Assembly: GCF_023055435.1 (NCBI RefSeq)
Contig: NW_025964334.1
Coordinates: 24,676,001 to 24,740,000, forward strand
Length of the DNA stretch: 64,000 bases
Direction of reading: 5' to 3'
DNA from: Haliotis rufescens
Taxonomy: Eukaryota
Shown: in pieces, positions 50,801 to 62,500 of the stretch
How the letters are laid out: each line of letters starts with the position of its first letter
Position numbering within the stretch: position 1 is the stretch's first letter
Translations under genes and position numbers: made by a program
Notes under the pieces: model-generated
Told to the model about the DNA's origin: nothing
Database searches by the model: none
The model's input: the letters and a program-made list of their open reading frames with translations, nothing else

Positions 50801-52891
50801 TATGTTTCTAGGTTTGTCAGCACCATACCCGTGCTCGTGGGTTTCACCGAAGTGGTAAACGTCCGAGACCTGCACCACTTCGGGCTTTCCTCCCACATTA
50901 AGCTGACACGCCGCGATATAACTGGGATACTGTTAAAAGCGGCGTTAAACCAAACTCACTCACTCGCTCCATGTCTCAGAGTTCGAAAATTATATTCCAG
51001 ACCACGTATTGCCTTAAAGTGAGTGAGTAAGTATGGTTTTACGCCACTTTACGAACACTTTAAGATATACGAGTAAACGTATACAAGGAAACGTATAATC
51101 GTAATAGTTTGAAAACATATTCAACGGCCACGACAGTGTCTGCAGTGGTGTGGCTATAGTACTGTGTTGTGAGTGAGTGTGTAAGGTTTTACGTCACTTT
51201 TAGCAATATTCCGGTATTACCACGACAGGGGACACCAGAAATGGGGTTCACACATTGTACCCCATCTTCCTGAGGTAAGGGAGTTAACTGACTGTAAAAG
51301 TCCAGTTTCCACCCTTGCTTAACAAAGCTGAAAATTCTGAGCTCGATCGTAGCGCCACCAGTGGCTATTACGATTTATGTCCCTTCTATGTCCCTCCTGT
51401 TGACCAATCAGATTCCATCTCTGATATCACTTATCACTTCTTCAAACAAAATGGCGGCGCCCAGTGAAGGCGGTCTGAGCGATAACCAAAATCTATATTG
51501 TAGTAAAACGGGTCTTACTTCGCGAAGTGCTTCATATCACGTGAAATGTCTGTGGACGCTTAGTTGACGGTACAAATGCGTTGCAAATCCTGCAATCGAC
51601 CGAAGTCTGCACGGCAGTTTACGAACCGGATGTCGATTTTGTTACGCGAGTTTGATTGGGCTATACAAAAACTCGTTAGTCGAGACAACATATAGCTCCA
51701 TAATTCCAGCCTAGTTCGGCAAGGGTGGCAAATTGACTTTTATAGTAAGTTAACTTTCTTGGTTCGGGAAGATGATTGTACCCAGGTAGGTCTCAACCGA
51801 AAACATTATTTATCACAAACCTGTAGACGTTGTTACAAGGTGATTTCCGATTTGAAACGCGAAGGTCCGCCCAGAACTAAATTGTTGAATTAGCAAATAA
51901 CCCCCACACAAGATCAACGAATAATAAATTATATTGAAACTCACAGGGCGAGATTTACAATCACATGAGTCAATACAATGGTTCAAATGTGTGGAAGCAT
52001 TATTCAATGCTGATGCCATATTTACATATGGTTCCCAGGACGACATGTGACACTATCGAATGCCTTGAAAGTGGCACGTTATCCGTTTTTGAATTCGGTA
52101 AACAGTGTTGGAAGCTGGAAATGTTTTCAGTTTGGTATCCAATCCGCACTGGACAAGTAGATGAGACGCAAGTGGGGTCGTAGAATGCCACGAATTGTCT
52201 TTATAGGTACAGACAGAATTCTAGTGACTGTCGAAACTATTCGGATGATGTAGGCCATTGTATCAACTAAGGGAGGAAACTCTAATGTACAAAGGTGCAT
52301 AACTCTCAGGAACTCAGATCACTCAGATCACTACCAAAGATTGGTATTTTATTTTATTTTCTGCGGCAAATATAGATATAATTCAAGACGTCAACGCCAG
52401 AGAACAATCTCGACTATCTGCGGAAACAGAATCCAAAGACAAACTGGTGGTGAAATCATAGCTTGATATGATTGTCTATGGTATTTTCTTTAACTGCCAT
52501 TGATTGGTTTACTATAGGTTATTCCGAGATATGTGGTAGGGAGCCGAAACTTACCACAACAACCACCACCACAACTACCACCACTACTACAACCACTATA
52601 ACCACTACCACCACTACCACCACTACCACCACCCCTACAGCTACTGGAGACATCGTGGGTGGATCTGACAGCATCACTCAGACGGAGCCAGACAACACTG
52701 GGTCGCCTGGAGCTGGTGATGCGCTGAGGGGAGACAACTCTACTTTGTCGGACAACAGTCAGGATGAGGATGGGGATTCGGGCTTCAACCTAATGGATTT
52801 GTTTGACAACAACGGGAGTGACAGCATGGCGGCGTCTCTGGTAGTCACGATGTTTCTTCTTGTTTCACATCTCGTCCCAACCATTATGTAA
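46784..52891 (+). CDS. Gene C: spliced, 228-aa predicted GPI-anchored paralog of gene A. Exons 46784-46862, 47961-48069, 50414-50538, 52518-52891
   Basis: Donors gtaagt, gtaagt, gtacgt; phases 1,2,1. Translation MRKMFSRLLNILIGAALFGQIGALWFAPPDPDEIDVRCPTFRSCNTDYFKDHREDPNKLVACAAQETHMSCVYNQGVICDLFDFEDYLRRYENKQEKCFAHCVDGYSEICGREPKL-(poly-Thr)-...EDGDSGFNLMDLFDNNGSDSMAASLVVTMFLLVSHLVPTIM*. Exon 3 has the same C-x7-C-x18-C-x3-C spacing as gene A. Exon 2 could alternatively start in frame at 47970. Confidence 0.85.
46940..47174 (-). mobile_element. Family D short retroelement, intron 1 of gene C
   Basis: Similarity to the reference copy. Confidence 0.82.
48098..48355 (-). mobile_element. SINE family B (diverged)
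   Basis: Similarity to family B; flanked by CACTTTCAGAAATA repeats. Confidence 0.75.
48901..49247 (-). mobile_element. SINE family C
   Basis: Near full-length reverse-complement match. Confidence 0.9.
49472..49850 (+). repeat. Unclassified dispersed repeat family E (pieces also at 38270-38455 minus, 52385-52450 and 58025-58520)
   Basis: Shared blocks CGTCAACGC.AGAGAA..A.C.GTCTCGA.TATCTGC.GAAACAGA and GACACCAGGTGTTC...GAAAAGGGTAA.CAT. Confidence 0.6.
50064..50308 (+). mobile_element. Family D short retroelement
   Basis: Full length, duplicated hairpin. Confidence 0.85.
50686..50967 (+). mobile_element. SINE family B
   Basis: Full length; TSD TCCATGTCTCAG at 50625-50636 and 50968-50979. Confidence 0.9.
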
Positions 52892-53086
52892 ACAAGGCAT
52901 AAGCACTGATTGTGTCATGTAAGCATACATTACATCACGTAAGCACATATTACATCATGTGAGTACTGGTGACATCGTTTAAGTACTGATACTATCCTAC
53001 AAGCAATGGAAATGTGTAATTTATGTTTTATTATGACGTAATCATACCAATACAGATACATAATAACGAAGCAGTCTATTTCTACT

Positions 53087-53252
53087 GGGGTGACGGGGTA
53101 GCCTAGTTGTTAAAGCGTTCTCTCGTCACGCCAAAAACCCGGGTTCGATTCCCAACATGGGTACAATGTGTGAAGCTCATTTCTGGTGTCCCCGCCGTGA
53201 TATTGCTCGAATATTGCTAAAAGCGGCGTAAAACCATACTCACTCACTCACT
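53087..53252 (+). mobile_element. SINE family A in the putative 3' UTR of gene C
   Basis: Matches consensus. Confidence 0.88.
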
Positions 53253-53464
53253 CTGTTTCTGCTCTGTTTCAACACCATGAGTGTTTAAGACTCGTCTTCC
53301 AGCATCTGTTCGATAATTGAAGTGATAGCTCTCATACTGGGGCATGGGGTTGGTTACACGTCTGAAAACTGCTAGCATATAAAATTACTAACCCGAGGGT
53401 ATGTGATACAATCATTAACACATTAAGTTAAATGCATGATTACAATGAATCTGTAAACATTGAA

Positions 53465-53470
53465 AATAAA
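53465..53470 (+). terminator. Candidate polyadenylation signal of gene C
   Basis: AATAAA ~575 nt after the stop, followed by GT/T-rich sequence. Confidence 0.35.
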
Positions 53471-53604
53471 CAAAGGAAGCCTGTCCCCTCACTGCACTGC
53501 ATTATTTGATTGTGTTATTATTTTCGTATTTAGTTTTGTTTGTTTGTTTGTTTATTGTTTAACGCCGCACTGCCGTAAGGATGACACCTCTGCAAAACTT
53601 ACAC

Positions 53605-53988
53605 CACTTGACCACCCGTAACCCTTGTTATGAATCCAGGATTAATATCAGTTTAAATTCAGCGGTGTGGTGCTGAGACACCAAGATTCGAAACCGCCCT
53701 CTTACAGAGTAGTTACCCCCTCCCCTTCTTACAAACCCATCAATGTATAGATAATAATGAAACACCGATCGATATCAATACAACCATTGCTTTGCTTTGT
53801 TTGTTGTTTAACGCCGCACTCAGCACTATTCCAGCTGTGTGACGCCGGTCTGGTAATAATCGAGTCTTGATCTGACACTACAGTGATTGACATCATGAGC
53901 ATCGATCTACGCAATCGGGATACGATGACATGTATCTACCAAGTCAGCGTGCCTGACCACCCGATCCCGTTAGTCGCCTTTTACGGAC
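53605..53988 (-). repeat. Family D copy plus flank; right arm of the inverted duplication
   Basis: Reverse complement of 45050-45458 with a short internal deletion. Confidence 0.85.
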
Positions 53989-54169
53989 AACGCCCATGAA
54001 GATCCGGGTTAGAACACTAGGTCTTCAGCAACCCATGCTGGTCGTACAAAGCGACTATGCTTGTCGTAAGAGGCGACAAATTAAGTGACCGAGCCTGACC
54101 TCTCGATCCATTTAGTCTTCAGCTACCCATGCTTGGCGACTCTGCTTGTCGTAAGAGGCGACTAACGGC

Positions 54170-54535
54170 ACCACTGAGAGAGGGTCGTCTTCACTGCTGA
54201 AAGCCGGTTCTGTCTGTACAGAGCTGATGGAAGGCAGCGTATTTACCGATGATGGGGAAAACGAACGGTGGTATGTTGAGTTCGGAGGTCGTGCCGTATG
54301 ATGGAGGGGGTGTTATGGTGTGTGGAAAAAATTTTGGACAGGAGAGAACACTACAGGTCATCGTTAACGGAAATTACATGGATGACAGTCTTCGTCCGAT
54401 TTCCTACCATTTCTGCAACAACTGCTTTATCAGCATGACAACGCCAGGCCCCATACAGCACGAATCGTTCCGGAATTCCTTGCAGCCAACAACGTCAACA
54501 TGTTGCCGTGACCAGCACGTTCCCTAGACATGGGA
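54170..54535 (+). pseudogene. Degenerate Tc1-like transposase fragment
   Basis: RVVFTAESRFCLYRADGRQRIYR, YDGGGVMVCG and QHDNARPHTARIV motifs with deletions and frameshifts. Confidence 0.8.
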
Positions 54536-54536
54536 C

Positions 54537-54762
54537 CCTAGTGGTTGTAGTTGTAGTAGTGGTGGTTGTTGTGGTGGTGGTTGTTGTCGTGGTGGTTGTT
54601 GAAGCGTTCGCTCGTCACGCCGAAGACCCGGGTTCGATTCCCGACATGGGTACAATGTGTGAAGCCCATTTCTGGTGTCCCCCGCCGTGATATTGGTGGA
54701 ATATTGCTAACAGCGGCGTAAAACCATACTCACTCACTCACTCACTCACTCACTCACTCACT
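54537..54762 (+). mobile_element. SINE family A with a (GTN)n expansion in its head
   Basis: CCTAGTGGTT, then 54 nt of GTN triplets, then GAAGCGTTCGCTCGTCACG and a normal body. Confidence 0.85.
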
Positions 54763-55069
54763 ATACCGACGGCGTGGGACGTTGTTCATTATATCAATCT
54801 CTGGATTATCTTCTGCATACTCGCTTATTTACAGACCGCCCTCAAATATTTGGAATATTGCTGAGTGCGGTGTTAAAAAAAATAAAAGATGGACGATCAA
54901 CTTTAACCTCACCGGTTTCCTGTTCTTGTTGTATTTAAGGGGAAGAGGATATACTATATCCCGTCTAGATATATAGTGTTTTGTAACAAGGATAACTGTA
55001 TGTGCTATTACGTCACAATGCGAAACAAATATGTTAATAATCCATGGAGTAGTTACCTAAGTATAGTTT

Positions 55070-55125
55070 AGTATAGTATAGTATAGTATAGTATAGTATA
55101 GTATAGTATAGTATAGTATAGTATA
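55070..55125. repeat. (TATAG)n microsatellite
   Basis: Direct reading. Confidence 0.95.
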
Positions 55126-56030
55126 TCAGGTGTTTTGTATACCCCTGGGATCATTACTATTTAATAGTGATTCATAAACACAAGCTTATGATATAATCGG
55201 AATCTGCTTTCAGTGATTTCTTATGATAATGGAAATGTTTTTGTCACTTCTATTACCTTTAGCAAAACATTTGTATTCCAATGTATTGCGATGCATGTAT
55301 CTGTATGCGATACGTATTGTGGTAGATTGGGAGTTAAAATGTCTGACAGTGATTGAACCTGAATGTACATGCAGATCCAATTTCAACATACTAAAGTAAA
55401 TACTACACTGCATTATCAGTCGCCGCCATTTTGTAGTCATGGAACCAGGGGAGATAACAATGTGAGAGAAAATTCATTTCCGCAGTTTTGTCAATAAATT
55501 TCGAAGGAAAAACATCATTTGTGAATTTAAATATGTTAGGTTAAACCATACAAGTGATAGTGAAACTTGTTTTATTTGTTTTATCCAATATACCAGAACA
55601 CAGAGAATATATTGCAATACCTATTTAAAATCGTATCGCAGTATACAGATAGTACGATGTAGTCCTAAAGTACTACATGTAGGAGTGTCCTAAAGATGCA
55701 TTTGAAGGAAAAGCAATATTTGTTACTTGAAATGGTCTTGATAGTTTGATGACTTGTACCAGTAGCACGTTATCCGGTGGGTTATGTTTAACAGATGAAA
55801 GTTTGTCCTTTTGAAAGTCGTTGCCTGTGAGTACCTAACCGTGTAAAATAAGAAGTATTGACCTCATTGTTTTGTGAAAGACATTTTGTTGTTAAAAAAC
55901 GTGATCAATACTGACCCAGATATGATCACTCGGGAGACAAGAGTGTCCTTAGTTTCTGTCGTCAGTATCTGTTACATAGTTTGTAAGTAAGGGTGTCCCG
56001 CGAAGATTCCGGGTTAGAATTGGTCTTCAG

Positions 56031-56386
56031 GTGAGGTGAGGTGAAATGGGGTTTAACGTCGCGTCCAAGGTTATTGCACTTATATAGCGACGTGCATGCA
56101 CGTGTGTGTGTTTGTGTGGCTGCTTGTACTAGTCCGGGCTGATGCCGATTTATAGTGCTAGCCCACTGAGATACCATGCCTCAGTTTAACATGAATACCC
56201 CTCTCAGACGCAGTATACTGACTCCGAGCCGACCAGTCTTTGTTTTAGCCCCTTAATGCCGAGCGCCAGACAGGGTAACAACAAGGACCATCTTTTAACG
56301 TCTTTTGGTATGTCGCGGCCGGGAATCGAGCCCCGGACCTTCTGCTCTCCGGGCGGACGCTCTACCACTAGGCCACGGAGGCGGTC
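56031..56386 (-). mobile_element. SINE family C nested inside a family D copy (55997-56553)
   Basis: TSD TGGTCTTCAG at 56021-56030 and 56387-56396. Confidence 0.92.
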
Positions 56387-56554
56387 TGGTCTTCAGCAAC
56401 CCATGCTTGACGTAATTGGCGACTAATGGGATCAGATGGTCAGGCTCGCAGACTTGGTTGATGCAAGTCATCGTATTCCAATTGCGCAAAGCGATGCTCA
56501 TGATGTCAGTCACTGGATTGTCTAGTCCAGATGCGATTATTTACAGACCGCCGT

Positions 56555-57243
56555 TATGTGAAGATCGGTTCGGGGGCGGCAGCGTTATGGTATGGGGTGG
56601 GATTACAGCAATACAGAGGACCCGTTTGGTAGTGGTAGAGGGAAATCTCAATGGACAGTGTTACTGCGACGAGATCATCGGCCCTGTTGTTCTACCGTTT
56701 TTGCGTCGTCATGGCCCAGGCATTACCTTTCAACATGACAACGCCCGGCCTCATATTGCTCGACTTGTTCAGGATTCTCTTCAACAAAACAACGAGAATG
56801 TCATCCCCTGGCCGGCCCGCTCCCCTGATCTCTCACCAATCGAGCACATGTGGGGTGAGAAGCATCGGCGCCTTCGACGTCAACTACGTATTCCACAGAC
56901 ACTCCAGGAACTTCGAAACATGCTCCAGCAGATATGGACAGATATCCCACAGGACATTGTGCGACGCCTGGTCCATTCCATGAGACGAAGATGTGTTGCT
57001 TGCATCGCAACCATAGGTGGACACACGCTATTGATTTGTAAAATGACATTTTGGCATGTTCATGGTTTGTTTTATTTTATGAAATCACGCATTTTCTGAA
57101 GTCATTATGGCAAATTAGACCAGTTAAACACTTACAGGGGTCTTTTATCTGATGCAAACCGAAATTGTTTCCGATTTGGTAAAAAAGATAACTTTGCATT
57201 AAATCTTATTCAATGTCACAGGTACTTTTGTTGTTCAGTATAT
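56555..57243 (+). mobile_element. Tc1-like (DD34E) transposon, 3' half only
   Basis: FGGGSVMVWGGI, FQHDNARPH, WPARSPDLSPIEHMW and GGHT motifs; no DNA-binding domain or first catalytic Asp; probable right end ...TTCAGTATA near 57243. Confidence 0.88.
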
Positions 57244-57871
57244 ATCGCACATGGCAAACACTATTTAAAAACATGCCATACACGTCATACACATGTCATA
57301 CACATGTCAAACCAATGACAAAAGCATGTCACACATGTTATACACGCTACACGTCACATAAATTTGTCCTACCATTAGGTTTCTTGGTTGTTCTTGAAAA
57401 CCTGTTTTGGAGTCTATATTCTTCATTGTTGTTTATCAAGATCCCTGAATTTGCAAAATACGCTTACGTTAGAAATTGGTTTTTAATGGAACCTGATATT
57501 TCATTTACATTTACATTAAATCACGGTCGGAAAATATGCTTAGAAAAAACGACCGTTACTTCACAGTGACCCCTTCACAAAATTGTCACCACTATTTGGC
57601 TTTTTACGCCCAATGGAATTTGTTTCGACAGATCGTTGATATTCTCGGGCGTTGACCTTATAAATTCAACATTAACAGGTTTTTGTTCAATTTTGAAACA
57701 TTCTCTGTACTAACAAACAACAACACGCACCAGAATGTTTTGTTCATGTTGCAAATGACTTTTATTTTTGAATAGAAGTTGGTTTCATGACACAAAATAT
57801 AAGCAGGAATAGTAACGTGGGAATTACTGGGTTCAGCATTAATGTTTTCCATCACGCTGTTCAGGATCACC

Positions 57872-57878
57872 TATAAGA
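57872..57878 (+). promoter_or_regulatory. Candidate TATA box of gene D
   Basis: TATAAGA ~45 nt upstream of the exon-1 ATG. Confidence 0.35.
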
Positions 57879-57922
57879 TTCCAGAAGCGGTTTGCTAGTT
57901 CACATGTGATGGTTCCAGCGAT

Positions 57923-59515
57923 ATGACTACCTCGCAGTATCTTCATTCCCTTTGCTTATTTTGGATCGGAATAGGTGAGTAATGCAATTAATAACCATGT
58001 CAGAATAACCTGCCATACACTGAAATATAAACCGTCAACGCCAGAGAATAATCAGTCTCAACTGTTACGGTCAAAATAACCTCTCTAAAATAATTCCTAT
58101 TTATTTTTCCAAATTATTAAAGTTTAAATTTTTCTTAAATTTTCATTCAAAATTTAGCATGTAGAAGATTATTATTGTATGCATGCTTCAGGAGTTTAGC
58201 CTGTTTAGGCTGCATGCCATGTATGCTTTTTAGTTTCTCGAAGGAGAGAATGAGGACCCATGTGGTCAGTGACAAAAAAGCAAAAAGTAAAGGTTAGAGA
58301 AGAATATGGGTCTACCAAAATGGTATGTTGTCATGCATTTGTATTTCTTTTCCATTGTCAATATATTTCTGTATATATCTGCCGAGACAGATTCCATTGG
58401 GCGTAAAGGGCAAAATAGTCGTAAAAGTTATATGAAAGTATCATTGAAAATCTGTCATGACATTGTTTGCGAAAAAGGAAGCATGCCTGCTCTACCGGAA
58501 GAACCCGCCACTCACAATTTGCATATAAATGTAAGCGTTTACATTTGTTACCTAACCTCGCACAGAAGTACTCCTGCCATACGATGGCGGCCTGTAGAAC
58601 GATCGACTTTTGACCAGACAATCCATGGATGGACCAGCCAATCCAGTTATCCGATAGCATGTTTACAGATTTTGTTGTAGCTAAAACGATCTGGTAATTT
58701 TTTGTAACGTCTACTGCGTATAAGTTCAGATATTCTGATGCTTACAAGTAAAGAAAAACAATTAGGAAATTTAACCTGTGTTTTCTGAAGACGTAAGAAC
58801 TCTCGCGATGCAAGCTGCCGAACACAGTGCCACCCACCCACTCTCCGCAACCGTAACTTGTACAATGGGCGCGGTATACAGGACCACGGGCCATGATAAA
58901 GTCAGTCAGTGCAAAACAAATTTGTCAAAAGATGTCCAGATCTTTTTGAAGAATTTATGGTGTCCCTGAGCGGATGCCATTATATGACCTTTCAAATCAC
59001 TTGGTTTATTGGGTCAATGGTAGAAATATATACAAAAATAAAACGATTCCCATAACGTGTTTAGTTATGTTTTTAGGAATAATTGTTTGATGGCAGTTAA
59101 AAAGAACAATTTACTCTCCTCATGGGGGGGGGGGGGGGGGGGGGCGGCGGCGTGTGTGGCGCAGGGGTTCAGAAATAATTAGGCTCATAGTCTTATCTTG
59201 CAGCTATAGCTGATTAAATATTTAGTCTCAACCTCTCCATCAACCACCAAGAATATCATAAGTTCAGTGCCTTACTGACAATATTTCAAAGTCTGCCTGT
59301 GGTGTAACCAGTATCTATGTTTCAGTGCTAGTACTGCCGTGTCGTGGGCAACATCGTGGTTCCTGGAGGTCTAAACCAACAGCGGCATCACGATGGGGGA
59401 CTGTGGGTGTTCGCCAAACTAAAACATTCAGCCAACCACCCAGCCCTTATTGTGATCATTACCAGAACTGTCTGACGACTCACACCACCCACAGAAGGAC
59501 GGGTCAACGGTGCAG
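57923..59515 (+). CDS. Gene D (5' part only): third paralog of the 8-Cys family. Exons 57923-57974 and 59326-59515; the rest is presumed beyond the window end
   Basis: Exon 1 MTTSQYLHSLCLFWIGI ends G|gtgagt (phase 1). Exon 2 follows tatgtttcag and reads VLVLPCRGQHRGSWRSKPTAASRWGTVGVRQTKTFSQPPSPYCDHYQNCLTTHTTHRRTGQRC, ending AG|gtatag (phase 2). It has the same C-x5-C...C-x| exon-2 pattern as genes A and C. TATAAGA lies at 57872-57878. Confidence 0.72.
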
Positions 59516-59595
59516 GTATAGCTCCATTTTCTCATGTGTTGGTTGCAGGAAAAATAATCCATCTAATCACGGCATATATTTATGCAGTTCCATAA

Positions 59596-62500
59596 GGCTC
59601 TACAACATTCCACAGCCGGCATGTATGGTAGTCCAAGTCAGTATTCAGGTGGCTCTACAACATTCCACAGCCGGCATGTATGGTAGTCCAAGTCAGTATT
59701 CAGGTGGCTCTACAACATTCCACAGCCGGCATGTATGGTAGTCCAAGTCAGTATTCAGATGGGCCTACAACATTCCACAGCCGGCATGTATGGTAGTCCA
59801 AGTCAGTATTCAGGTGGCTCTACAACATTCCACAGCCGGCATGTATGGTAGTCCAAGTCAGTATTCAGATGGGCCTACAACATTCCACAGCCGGCATGTA
59901 TGGTAGTCCAAGTCAGTATTCAGGTGGCTCTACAACATTCCACAGCCGGCATATATGGTAGTCCAAGTCAGTATTCAGATTGGCCTACATCATTCCACAG
60001 CAGTCATGTATGGTAGTCCAAGTCAGTATTCAGATTGGCCTACATCATTCCACAGCCGGCATGTATGGTAGTCCAAGTCAGTATTCAGGTGGCTCTACAA
60101 CATTCCACAGCCGGCATGTATGGTAGTCCAAGTCAGTATTCAGATGGCTCTACAACATTCCACAGCCGGCATGTATGGTAGTCCAAGTCAGTATTCAGAT
60201 TGGCCTACATCATTCCACAGCCGGCATGTATGGTAGTCCAAGTCAGTATTCAGGTGGCTCTACAACATTCCACAGCCGGCATGTATGGTAGTCCAAGTCA
60301 GTATTCAGATGGCTCTACAACATTCCACAGCCGGCATGTATGGTAGTCCAAGTCAGTATTCAGATGGCTCTACAACATTCCACAGCCGGCATGTATGGTA
60401 GTCCAAGTCAGTATTCAGATGGGCCTACAACATTCCACAGCCGGCATGTATGGTAGTCCAAGTCAGTATTCAGGTGGCTCTACAACATTCCACAGCCGGC
60501 ATGTATGGTAGTCAAAGTCAGTATTCAGATGGGCCTACAACATTCCACAGCCGGCATGTATGGTAGTCCAAGTCAGTATTCAGATGGGCCTACAACATTC
60601 CACAGCAGTCATGTATGGTAGTCCAAGTCAGTATTCAGATGGGCCTACAACATTCCACAGCCGGCATTTATGGTAGTCCAAGTCAGTATTCAGGTGGCTC
60701 TACAACATTCCTCAGTCGGCATTTATGGTAGTCAAAGTCAGTATTCAGATGGCTCTACAACATTCCACAGCCGGCATGTATGGTAGTCCAAGACAGTATT
60801 CAGGTGGCTCTACAACATTCCTCAGTCGGCATTTATGGTAGTCAAAGTCAGTATTCAGGTGGCTCTACAACATTCCACAGCCGGCATGTATGGTAGTCCA
60901 AGTCAGTATTCAGATGGGCCTACAACATTCCACAGCCGGCATGTATGGTAGTCCAAGTCAGTTTTCAGGTGGCTCTACACGATTCCACAGCCGGCATGTA
61001 TGGTAGTCCAAGTCAGTATTCAGATGGGCCTACAACATTCCACAGCCGGCATGTATGGTAGTCCAAGTCAGTTTTCAGGTGGCTCTACACGATTCCACAG
61101 CCGGCATGTATGGTAGTCCAAGTCAGTATTCAGGTGGGCCTACAATATTCCACAGCCGGCATGTATGGTAGTCCAAGTCAGTATTCAGGTGGCTCTACAA
61201 CATTCCACAGCCGGCATGTATGGTAGCCCAAGTCAGTATTCAGATGGGCCTACAACATTCCACAGCCGGCATGTATGGTAGTCAAAGTCAGTATTCAGGT
61301 GGCTCTACATCATTCCACAGCCGGCATGTATGGTAGTCCAAGTCAGTATTCAGATGGGCCTACAACATTCCACAGCCGGCATGTATGGTAGTCAAAGTCA
61401 GTATTCAGGTGGCTCTACAACATTCCTCAGTCGGCATTTATGGTAGTCAAAGTCAGTATTCAGATGGGCCTACAACATTCCACAGCCGGCATGTATGGTA
61501 GTCAAAGTCAGTATTCAGGTGGCTCTACATCATTCCACAGCCGGCATGTATGGTAGTCAAAGTCAGTATTCAGGTGGCTCTACATCATTCCACAGCCGGC
61601 ATGTATGGTAGTCCAAGTCAGTATTCAGATGGGCCTACAACATTCCACAGCAGTCATGTATGGTAGTCCAAGTCAGTATTCAGGTGGCTCTACAACATTC
61701 CTCAGTCGGCATTTATGGTAGTCCAAGTCAGTATTCAGATGGGCCTACAACATTCCACAGCCGGCATGTATGGTAGTCAAAGTCAGTATTCAGGTGGCTC
61801 TACATCATTCCACAGCCGGCATGTATGGTAGTCAAAGTCAGTATTCAGGTGGCTCTACATCATTCCGCAGCCGGCATGTATGGTAGTCCAAGTCAGTATT
61901 CAGGTGGCTCTACAACATTCCACAGCCGGCATGTATGGTAGTCCAAGTCAGTATTCAGATGGCTCTACAACATTCCACAGCCGGCATGTATGGTAGTCCA
62001 AGTCAGTATTCAGATGGGCCTACAACATTCCACAGCCGGCATGTATGGTAGTCCAAGTCAGTATTCAGGTGGCTCTACAACATTCCACAGCCGGCATGTA
62101 TGGTAGTCAAAGTCAGTATTCAGATGGGCCTACAACATTCCACAGCCGGCATGTATGGTAGTCCAAGTCAGTATTCAGATGGGCCTAAAACATTCCACAG
62201 CAGTCATGTATGGTAGTCCAAGGCAGTATTCAGATGGGCCTACAACATTCCACAGCCGGCATTTATGGTAGTCCAAGTCAGTATTCAGGTGGCTCTACAA
62301 CATTCCTCAGTCGGCATTTATGGTAGTCAAAGTCAGTATTCAGGTGGCTCTACAACATTCCACAGCCGGCATGTATGGTAGTCCAAGACAGTATTCAGGT
62401 GGCTCTACAACATTCCTCAGTCGGCATTTATGGTAGTCAAAGTCAGTATTCAGGTGGCTCTACAACATTCCACAGCCGGCATGTATGGTAGTCCAAGTCA

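Noticed and set aside
56416-57099. 227-aa ORF as an intact transposase
   Set aside because: Its N-terminus is retroelement sequence; the HTH domain and first catalytic Asp are missing.
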